Assembly: GCA_964035545.1 (NCBI GenBank)
Contig: OZ037768.1
Location: 17,715,700-17,779,699 of the forward strand
Source of the DNA: Bugula neritina
Taxonomy: Eukaryota > Animalia > Bryozoa
Length of the DNA stretch: 64,000 nt
Reading direction: 5' to 3'
Part shown: positions 24,501 to 35,020 of the stretch, piece by piece
Layout: each line of letters starts with the position of its first letter
Position numbering within the stretch: position 1 is the first letter of the stretch
The notes under the pieces: generated by a model
What the model was told of the DNA's origin: nothing
Database searches by the model: none
What the model saw: the letters and a program-made list of their open reading frames with translations, nothing else
Translations under genes and position numbers: made by a program

Positions 24501-25906
24501 CTATAAGCCTAGGGCCACACTGCGCGTATTTTCGCATGCGAAAATTAAAATCACGGGTAGCAAAGGTGTCCACTGTAGCGTCAGTGATGCGTGATAAATA
24601 AAGCTTTCATTTTTAAATCGCACTCGCTTTCAATAAAACGCAATTTACTGGAATATAGCACTAAATAAAGAAATTGGGCTCGCTAAGTAGCTACCAGCCA
24701 ATTAGGTGATGACGACAGAGACGATTCGCACTTGCGTTGAAAATGCAGAGCGACAAGTGCGAAGGTTTTCTCAACGCGCACAGTGGACACCTTTGCTACT
24801 TGTGATTTCAATTTTCGCATGCGAAAATACGCACCGTGTGGCCCTAGGCTAATAGTGTGCTAAAAGTATATTTTGTTCTTGTTTTGGCCGTATTATGAAT
24901 GACTGCTAAAATAGTTAATGGTAGTGGGTAGTGAATAGGTTTATCATATAAATATATTAACGTATAAGCATGTGTATATTATAATAGGTATATATATATA
25001 TAAACTGGAGTGGATTGTAGTAGTAGTATACATTGTACAGTACATTACAATATATAATTACCACTGTATACTGGTAGAGAGATGTTGATACGCCAGTGTC
25101 TGAGTTTACTGAAGAATCTAACATTTCAGCCTCTTATAATAACAATTTAAATATTGCGACTGACAAATCTACACCAGGCAAGCCATGTAATGCTGAAGGC
25201 ACCAGCTCTCCTAAGATGAAGTCACTCAAAGTGACCGTGAGCATGCTTTTATTTATGTTTACGCTTACTTTCACTTAATATTTCAACTTGGCAATACTCA
25301 ACTCTAAGGAGATAACATTCATGTACAATTTACTTTTGCAATAATCATAAACTTTTATGGTGTACCTCATATAAGGTGAACTTACCTTTACGTATAATGT
25401 TCTATTATTTACTAAAAAAATTTATTTCCGCTTTTATAGAGATAAAGTACTTGAGTTTATATAATATTATTATGTAACTTAACAATTATAAATTACATAA
25501 GTTGTACAACAAGAAAATTTAAGGCGAAGCTCAATAATATGTGCCTGTAATATTTTATAACAACTAAATCAAATAGCATCTGAAAAATTGACATCTATAG
25601 GTAGTATTGCACACTGAAAAACAGTTAGAAATGCTCCGTGTTGTTTCATGACGCCTGCTCAAAAAGTCAATTAATAAGACACATTTACACTGTTTAAACA
25701 CCGAAAACTATTCTGATGTCCACATCATAAACTTGTTAGCATCACTTTGCAAAAAAGTAAATGATTTTCAGAACTTTCATGAACAAGAGGCAAGGCATAT
25801 TGTTGACACGTTTGCTAAAACCAACCAGACTATGATGAATGAGCGGAGGAAACAGTATATGATGGCATTCAAACGCTACGAACACCGGAAGAACGCAGTA
25901 AGTTGA
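18567..25906 (+). CDS. Voltage-gated potassium channel, Shaw/Kv3 (KCNC)-like
   Basis: Exons 18567-18793, 19358-19409, 20680-20901, 21231-21737, 21840-22077 and 24133-24272, plus probable 25078-25236 and 25772-25906. T1 domain ([14 protein letters not shown]), non-Shaker HX5CX20CC zinc site (HMTNNLC...CCW), S4 [15 protein letters not shown], pore [14 protein letters not shown]. The C-terminal exons are less certain. A likely 5'UTR exon ends at 17881 (ct|gtaagt). Confidence 0.9.
22964..23108. mobile_element. Short MITE with 4-bp ATAT TSD
   Basis: Imperfect TIRs gtgaccagtcgcgacaaaaccggggatgt / acatctcctgttttgtggtgccaggtcac, flanked by ATAT on both sides. Confidence 0.65.
23353..23542 (+). mobile_element. 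tRNA-derived SINE, copy 1
   Basis: A box tggtgtagtgg, degenerate B box ggtttgaacct, and core cattggtaatgctaagaagagcatc shared with copies at 29690 and 59612. Confidence 0.8.
23759..24074. mobile_element. Old degenerate palindromic MITE
   Basis: Long imperfect inverted repeat: gaggtagctgcagt..gtgagaaaagc..gcgagaatttcaacttgcgc versus gcgcgaattgaaattctcg..gcttttctca..gctgctcctacctc. Confidence 0.6.
24507..24849. mobile_element. PIF/Harbinger (Tourist-like) MITE
   Basis: About 70-bp near-perfect TIRs gcctagggccacactgcgcgtattttcgcatgcgaaaatt.. / ..aattttcgcatgcgaaaatacgcaccgtgtggccctaggc with 3-bp TAA TSD (24504-24506, 24850-24852). CpG-rich, so probably young. Confidence 0.88.
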
Positions 25907-27768
25907 ATTCCATGCTTTTTACCAGACTAAAATTTGAACTTTTGTCAAGAAAAACTTTAACACAATTATGTTTTTATGTGCAAAGTTTCTAAACAAAATA
26001 AAAATAAAAGTTGTGTTATAAGCATGCGATATTGCTTTTAGTTTACAAATAAGGTACTTGGCCAAAATGTAGGCCAACTAATTCACCTAAATTCCCACTT
26101 ATGCAGCACTGGGAAGACTGAAATGACTGATTGTATTTTAACTTTTATGTTCTTTTGAACTATTTTATTTTCATGCAGCTAAGTTAGTTTGAAGAATTAT
26201 TGAAAAATCTATTGATTTGTTTATACAAGTAATGTTTGCTTTTAATCCAAATCTGTAATGGGGTTTTTATAGCTTAGGTCTCAGCTGCCTGACATGTTTG
26301 TACAGCAGCTGACCATATCTAAATTATACAGTTACAAGTTATTCACTGGACAAAGAACTGAATACCTTTTGCAATCTTTCAAGAAACTAGCTAAATTGAG
26401 CATTTAAAATTTGAGATTGCAAAGTGACATTTGAATAGTACAAGGTCATGCACATGTAATATTTATATTTGAATTGCACACTTTATAAAATATTATTACT
26501 AAAACAGATCAGTGAACTTTCAAATCTGCAAAGACTCTGTTCACAATAACTGCTCAGATTATTACAAAATTAATTTAATCAAAGCTAAATTATTTCCTGA
26601 ATAGCAACTTCAGCAGTTATATTTTAAAAACTAATTACATATCTAAATATAGTGTCATTGTTAAATCTATACGTGTATGCTATATGAGCTGCGCATGCAG
26701 ATTTTCTATTCAGTGTTGTTCAACCTAAACTTGACTAAGTCAAACTATTAATTGATATCAGACTGCAAAACTGTTGACTTTTTATAACCTAGTTTTTTTC
26801 TGATTCCCATTCTATTTATGACCTACTTCTGTAGCCTGAGAGTTTAATTCTACTTATACCATCTTGTTAAGGTTGGGTAGTATCCAGTTTTCACCACCTT
26901 CATGGCACTGATTCACTAGTGCATTTCCCAAACTAATTTATTAGCTCTACCAACTTGTATTGTAACATTCAATATGTTGTAGGAATAAGATGTTACTCAA
27001 ATTCCAAAATTCTAAATTTTACAAAGTTTAAAGCTATACATAAGAAAAAAATGACTGCCACAAGTCGCTTGACTTTAATGCTTTGCCTCAGCTGATGCAC
27101 TACTCTGTAATTACTGGATAAATCTACCGTTCATACTGAAAAAAATTTGTAAATTTTTGTTTTAGCCAAAGAAATGAAGCTAGCAGCAAGCAATGGCTGT
27201 TACTTTACTCGTGAATATATGTAATCATTGCCAAGCAGCTCTTTAACCTACATAATAGATGCTAGCACAGGCTCTACTGAAAGTTGATTTCTTTGAACAA
27301 AATCTGATATTTTACTTACAAAGTTACATTGTGACTATGTTTTCACTCGTACATACGGCCATATTAGTATGTACAAATTATTTACCTCAATGTTAATTAT
27401 TATCCCTATAATTCCTTTCAGATGTGCAATAATATTTTTGTATTGACAAAATAACTATTTTTATAAGTTATATATTTATATTTTTTCTTGTGTAAAATAT
27501 CTAAATATAAAAATAAAGTTTGGATGACAATGTGAAATATCAGCCTGAATAGCTTATGTAAATTTCCCTGGCATAAGCAGCAGAGGTTTATGTAGGGGCG
27601 GGTGCTTAGCACACCCAACATATATTTGATGGATTCATAAATAATCTAGTAGCTTGCATCAAAAATATTGACTGACTAGAAAGTATAAATGAGCTTGTGT
27701 AAAACTGAGGCAGACATAATAACAAATTCTTCAAGATCATTCAACTTGATATCTATACATGGTTAGGA

Positions 27769-30700
27769 CTATGATTGCAAAAAATCTTTAAGTAGGGTCT
27801 GTCTCATTTTCTCTGCAATATCCATCTGGTTCTCCAATACCTACAACAATCTTTAGTTGGAAGAAAAGCAAAACAAACAAGTTCATAGAGAGTAATGGAA
27901 ATATATATTTAGACATACATTTAAAAATGCGTTTACAAAGTCTATGTTTAGATAATATAATATATTTAGATGAGGGTAAACCTGAGTTATTTAGCCAAAT
28001 ATTCACAGTGACTACATATGTACATATTCTAGTAGGATACACTTGAGTGAAGCTAGTCTCAGCTATACATGAAGATAAACTTCCCAACTACACATTAATT
28101 ACAGTCTTTATGAACAAAACCCTCATCATTTTGGAAATTTAACCATTTTGAGTTCACTCAAGCAATTTGAAACTATGTATACCAGGACCAAAGCTGCGCC
28201 AGGTGTCTATCATTCTACTTACTCCTCTATCTGTTATTTCTGCTTTTTGCACTTTCCATGAGAGATCTTCTACCGCTACTTCTAACTTCCCTTGTTGATA
28301 TTCAAACTGCAGCAAAGAACCAACGAAATAGATGTCTCATTCAAAACACGTTCAAGTTTAAATTCAAACTTGATAAATTTGTCCTAGATTACAAAAAGTT
28401 CTAAAGCTAAGCAGTGTGTATCAATATATACATATGGCAAGACCGTGTTTTAGCTAATAAGCAACTCCTTCAACAAACCACGAAAGAAAGGCAGAATGTG
28501 GAGTTGTAGTTTGGCCTACCAGCTGCTTGCGAGTGTTGGAGTCACTGAGAAAGTAGGCAAATGGGTACGTGTACTGCAGAGTATATCTGCATCTCTGAAG
28601 CAACTCCGTAGCATCCAGCAGATACTGCCAGTCTATCCACGTGCCTTCTGCAGATAACACTTTACTCTCAATCTTTGCCTTTATCTTTTCCGTCTCTTGT
28701 GCCTCCAACTTCAAGCTCCTAGAATGATTATCCCACTGCAATAGATGGTGCTTTAAGTTAGAATTCTATTCTACAGCATTATCAAATTTAAATCAAGAAT
28801 ATCATGAAATATCGTTTCTATGGCAACAAAAATAACTTTGGGTCTTACTCTAAACTGACATTTGATCTTTAGCAAAACATTTATAATTATGAAATATTTA
28901 TAACATATGAAGCATAGGAAAAAATTGCTGGTAGTTTTAATAGATTGTTGGGTCAATTTTATAACTATTCATTTATGGCAAAACCTACTCACAAACTTCT
29001 GCAACTATCATTTGAAAGTCACAAAATAGCTGCATATGAGAATATTTCTGATGTGACAGCTGTAAGATTTATTTTGATGTGAGATAATGCAATTATTGAG
29101 CAACAAATCTAAGACCATCAGAACACAAATAGAAACGTTCCATCATATTATATTCATAACACTACATACTGCTACAACTTCAACCTACTCTAGCAAAATA
29201 GTGAAGGTATTTGACAAGAGCTTCCCTGGCTTCATTTTTCTCTGTGCGGGTTGGAGGTTTGTCTTTATACTTACTACATACGTAGTATTCACCTGCATGA
29301 GTTTTCCAATCTATAAAACAAGCAAAGGCAAAGAGTCTATCATTCTATTGTAACATAAAATATTGACATAAGATATCATATTACAAAAGGAAGTTAAGTC
29401 AATAGCCTCTGTTTTATATATACTTAGCAAAAATCGTTAAAACAAAGCAGATAAAAGGGATAATATTTCATGTTTTAAACGTGCAATATTAAATATTAAA
29501 TGCATTTTCATTTGCCTGTTACAATACTTGGATAACTAAGAATATGAATGGTCAAAGTTTTCTCCAGACTAACCAACTAATCATGGAACATGCAAGTAGT
29601 TTCAGACACATCAAAGAAATTGCATATTTTAGAACGTTGTATAAGATTTTAATTTAAAATATTTAATATTCATCTATGATACTATCAAAGGAGAAGCCGT
29701 GGTATAGGATTTAGAGCGCTGGCTTAATAAACCTGAGGTCTTGGGTTCGAACCCCAGTAAAGGCCATTGGTGATGTTAGGAAGAGCATCCAGTCATAATT
29801 GCTTCTATGCCACATATGAATAAGTCTTTAGCCCGCTTTAGCAAAAACCTTTCCACCAAGGATTTCCCACAGGGATAGTGACTATAAACTTGCGTGAGTT
29901 GTTTTTATTATACCATCAGATGACTAAAAGGATAATTATAAATAATAGGTGAAATTTACAATAATGAATAGAACAAGTGACGCAAAATACAAGTCAGTTG
30001 AGATGTTTATTAACGTATAAAAACTAGCCTCCTTCGCAAATCCAGCAGAAGTCATGCTTGCACTTAAAACACTGTATATGATTACATCCGCCATTCTTCT
30101 CTATACATACTTGACACTTTGGGCACTACAATAAGCAGACAACTCCTATATTCTACTTACATCCATATATATCAAGAGCTGTACTGTGGAATTCACTCAC
30201 ATACATTCACTGGGTTTTGCTTCAGAAAACTCTATAGCGCAAAAATAATTTTGTAATGATGTTTTGCTATGCCTAAGAAAGTGGTTTTGTAACAGAAATT
30301 AATTATGAAAATTGTATTTGAATTAAATGAATTATTGTAAAAATTCAACCACTTTCAGAATCTTTAATATTTCAGATAATTCAAATGATAACAGTAATAT
30401 ATAAAAAGGCATCAAGCTTTACTATAACACAAATCATTATAGCACTGAGTTGTATTTACTGAGTTGTATTTACTGAGATTGTATTCACATACGTACATCT
30501 TTAGTGTGTGCACTGATATAGTTTGCGGTCTCTGAATCATCTATACACTTAGAGAGCCACATTTTTATAGTTTCACAGTCAGTGGGAGCGTGGTACTCAG
30601 AGCCGCAACCAAAGCTGTAAAATGGTATCTGATGTAGTGAATATAAAGTAACAAACATGTCTGATATTAGCTATAGAGCTCAGTCTATACTCAAGACTAG

Positions 30701-33700
30701 ACTACATACTAGAGGGGGGGGGGGTAATTTGTAACCATTGATAAGCTGTATCAAGTCCTGATTATAAAATATTAATGTTTGAGACAGAGGAGTAAATAGA
30801 GCGGCATATATACTTACCAGAAGCTGATGGCGCAATGATCACATTTAACTTTCCTTGCTCTTTTCTCTTTAGCATATATCACGAGGGTGCAGCCAGCACC
30901 TGGACAGAACCTCATATTAGGGTGTCTCTGTAATTTACACATAAATATGAGAAGTATGAATAAAAGCTGTTAGGCAGCTTTAAAATTCTCTAATATAACA
31001 CAGATTATTTAGAAGAGTTGTTATTATGAGTATGCCCCAGGACATACAATGCTGAGCCTATATGGTGCACACAAGTAAACATTTTGGCGAACATAATGTT
31101 GTTTTGTAAATAACCAAATGATTGCAAATTAAATTAATTATAAACTATGATTCTGGGTAAATATTATGAGTTCTTTTTATATTTTTATGGATAGCAGCCA
31201 ACAAATTATTTTGGATACTCTTATTTTGCTTATAAACATATTTTGGAATGAGCAGTGCTTGAAATCACAGGCATATCATAGCGTATCAAAGTATATCATA
31301 GGCATATCATAGCCATATCGTAGTATATCAAAGTATATCATAGCCATATCGTAGTATATCAAAGTATATCATAGCCATATCGTAGTATATCAAAGTATAT
31401 CATAGCCATATCGTAGTATATCAAAGTATATCACTGGCATATCAGAGTATATCATATTATATCAGAGTATATTATAGTATATCACAGGCATATTATAGCT
31501 AGAGCTGCAGTTTATAATAACCTTGAGTTTCATAATCACAATACCGAGATGTTCAGTTTATTGGCAGCTAATCAAATGTTTTTCCATTCTCCCATTATAC
31601 AAACTGAAGTGGATGATTAGGAGTTGTCTCTCTTATTTAGCTGAGTGTTATGATTCTGCACACAATAACAGTAAAAATAAATAATTATGCTGTTCATAAT
31701 CTGAACCTATACTGTATCCTTGCAGACTGTTCCTAACTACTGTTATGTAATCACCATATATATTGCAGTTTTATGTTACACACCTGTAAGTATATAAATA
31801 TCTACATACTTTATGTCTATTACTGTTAACTTCCCTTGCAATCTGTTGTAAACAGATAAACAAAAAAACACAAGCAATACAAGGTACAATAAAGTAAAGC
31901 TGTCAAAACAAGAAGAGTTATATTTTCAAGCTAAAATATGCCGTTATAAGCAAACTTAGAGCAGGAGTACACAACTTACGTTTACGTATGCTTGATAGGC
32001 AAAGCGTTGATATTTCTCTCTAATGTGTGGACTACTGATGAGGTCTAGCACCATATCTTCAGTGAGAATAACGTTACAGTTTCCAGCCATGCATTCAATA
32101 TCTACAAGTAAAGCATTAGTTTCCAGTCTCCAGTTTGTGCCGTATTTTCAAGTAACAGTTTACTATTTTCAAGTAACAGTAGCAGTTGCTGTAACTTTAG
32201 GCCTGTACCACAGTAGCTCAGGACTTCTCTGTCAGTAATACAGTATATGAGTACAGATGCACAACTTGAAGGTATAAACTTTATAGTTACAGCATAAAAT
32301 CAAACTATTGCATGTCTTGTTCTCTAATCTAATGATGGTCGTACTTACTCACCTGTACAATGTCTATACTCTCCTGCACAGTGTCTACTCTATACTCACC
32401 TGTAAAATGTCTACTCTATACTCACCTGTACAGTGTCTATACTCACCTGTACAGTGTCAACTCACCTGTACAATGTCTATACTTACCTGTACAATGTCTA
32501 CTCTCTACTCACCTGTACAGTGTCTACTCTATACTCACCTGTACACTGTCTACTCTACACTCACCTGTACAATGTCCATCCTGCACCTGCTTCTCAATGT
32601 ACGTGGTCCAGCACAGCTTACAGAAGGCGTGACCACAGCCAGCTTGTAGCATTGATTCAGACTCACACAGACACACATCACAGAACTGTGAACTCTGCAA
32701 CTGCAGAAGATATAGTGGTTACAGCTTGTCACTTATTTATAGATAGTCAATCTATGTCTTAGTATTGTAGAGCCGCACACTAGAATAAAATTAACTCATA
32801 AAAAATCAAAATAAGAAAATCCATTTTATGCGAAAAGCTAACACATTCTTTACCAGAGTGCAGAGAGTAAAAAAGTTCAACATAGGGTTAAACTTTATCA
32901 TGAATAAAAAAAATTTCAATTAAATTATCAAGAACTTTGTAATTTGAACTATTCAACATAGTTGAAGTAAATTAATAATGAAGGACAATTATAAATGTAA
33001 TTTTATTGCTAGTTTATAGTTCCTTCCACTCTAAAGTTACTTTGCCATTATCAACATTAGTTCCATGGCATGAACCTTAATATATTTTTTATTCTTAAAA
33101 TAATTTCTATTTTGTAAACTTACTCTTTCAAACTTTTAGTTCGTGAAATTTTGTAAAGATTTTTCGAAGTTCAACAAATAAACAAAAATTATAAAGTATA
33201 ACAACAACCAAGTAATAGACCTCCAAACCACTGTAACAATGCTAATTGGCTGACAAGTGCACTTATAGTTTATTTATATTTAATGGCAATAGCTAATCAA
33301 GTGGACATAATTTCTAAACTAAAGTTATAATACCTGGGCAGGGTTTTCTGGCTGCAATTGAGATTCCTCGAGAAACCTTTTAGAATTTTTTCTATACCTG
33401 AAAAAAATTCAATAATAAAACATAAAGTTCAATTAAATAAATAGACCCTTTTCTAATGTCATCGAGATTCCCTTTACAATTAAGAGTTGTGTCTTTCAAA
33501 CATGAAAAACTGCGAAGAAAATTTGCTTGAATGCATTTTTGTGGTTTTGGTTGCTGAGGAATACTGAAATAGTTACTATGATACAAGTTCCATTAATCAT
33601 TTGTTGACCTGTCTGTCACCACTACGCACTTTATAGCTGTTGACCTTTCAACACTGTGGTCAAGTTTCACTGAGTACAATAGTTACACATATGTACAAGC

Positions 33701-35020
33701 ACATGCTTGCTCAACCTGTAGCTGTGTTATAACATGTACACATAATTATACTTTGAAGCGTTTGTGCTACATTATGTTCAAGGGACCATGAATGCTTTAC
33801 ATAGTTTTATGTTAAAGGCCAAAAATTCTTTAAAAGAAAAATATTACTAAGAAGAGAAAAAAAGCTCAGTTTATTTAAAACATTTTATATTTAGGCAGGC
33901 ATCTTTTCAATATAATCTTGAAACATTTTGTTTGCCCCATATCTTCATGACGTATTTTACAACAAGTCTAATAGTTTTTATTAAAGGTTTCGATTGGGAT
34001 GTTATACTTGACGTTAACTTATCCTCACTCATGCCGTAAAATTACTACTGATTTTATGTGTTTTCTCTCAATTATAGAGATTCCCACAAACCCGGGTGGG
34101 AGAAGACAACTTCGAAATATAAATGCTCTTAGAGGGACTTCTGAAAAAGGTCTATTAATATAAGTTCTGTTCCATCTGGTAGATAAACATTTAATATTCC
34201 ACAAGTATCTATTAACAGTTTAATATTTTATTTTTAATTATAGTATATACATTTACTTGTGAATATAACACAGACCTGCCAATTATATCGTCTATAGACC
34301 ATTTGTGATGATGCAACAACATTTTCGCTAAAGAGGGGGTTACCTGCAAAAACAATGACAAAGTAGGTTTACAATTTGAACGCTATAAAAATGTTACATT
34401 TAAATGCAACTGGTGAACAAGCATATATATTTACGTATATTACTAGTTAGCAGTAATTTGGTCAAGTATGCAACATGAAACTAGGAGTAAGGTTCGTAGT
34501 TTAGTAAAGAAATTAAGAAATAAAATGCTCTACCTTCATGCCACACCTGCAGTAAATATTGATCTCGGTTTATCTTTTTGTAATAAGAGTAATTATTCTG
34601 AAATTTGGCTAAACATGGCATGGCAAAAATTGCATTTATAGTTACTTATGCCCAAGCATAATTGAACTTTTGCAGAATATTTATACTGCAGCAAATTGAA
34701 ACTAACTAACTTGAGAAGAATAATCTAAAGTTAAATCTGTATATAGAGTAAACTCTAGAAAGAGTCAACTTGTTCTCGACATAAAGCTAAATAGTTCGTA
34801 CTTCAATATTGGTTAGCAGTTTGGCGACAGACTCATTTAATAATTTCTCCACATCTTCCGTAGTCAAGGCTTTAAAATCGAAATACTCCGGATCATTTGC
34901 TGAATGGCTAAAACTGTCATCTGCCATGACATCACCATCTGACTCATAGCAGTCATCTTGGTAGTATGAGTCATAGCCATCGTACTCCTCATCTTCGTCT
35001 GAATACTGAGATTGACTCAT
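27769..35020 (-). CDS. ARIH2: E3 ubiquitin-protein ligase ARIH2 (TRIAD1), RBR/Ariadne family, ~12 coding exons
   Basis: Acidic N-terminus with DPEYFDF (~34802-35020). RING1 [17 protein letters not shown] (32565-32700). [15 protein letters not shown] (~30818-30927) and [32 protein letters not shown] (~30497-30614). RING2 [19 protein letters not shown] with the catalytic Cys (30029-30125). Ariadne domain [22 protein letters not shown]. Last exon [23 protein letters not shown] (stop 27769-27771). Confidence 0.95.
29690..29905 (+). mobile_element. tRNA-derived SINE, copy 2
   Basis: tRNA-like head with B box ggttcgaaccc, core cattggtgatgttaggaagagcatccagtcataa, tail gactataaacttgcgtgagtt. Degenerate ~15-bp TSD (tatgatactatcaaa / tattataccatcaga). 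Confidence 0.85.
31270..31500. repeat. Minisatellite with a 31-bp unit built from ~10-bp subunits
   Basis: Unit gtatatcatagccatatcgtagtatatcaaa repeated about 4 times, with degenerate flanking copies. Confidence 0.9.
32345..32576 (-). repeat. Minisatellite (19-26 bp units) made of tandem copies of an ARIH2 exon end plus 5' splice site
   Basis: About 10 units containing ctcacctgtac (minus strand GTACAG|GTGAG). The first unit in transcript order is the real donor of the RING1 exon at 32565/32564. Confidence 0.92.

Noticed and set aside
29690-29765. tRNA genes at 23353, 29690 and 59798 (minus)
   Set aside because: No intact cloverleaf. Each continues into a shared non-tRNA body with TSDs, so these are SINE heads.
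32308-32762. Three overlapping plus-strand ORFs and a CRISPR-like look of the repeats
   Set aside because: The ORFs are artefacts of a stop-free minisatellite. There are no unique spacers or cas genes, and the context is a eukaryotic intron.
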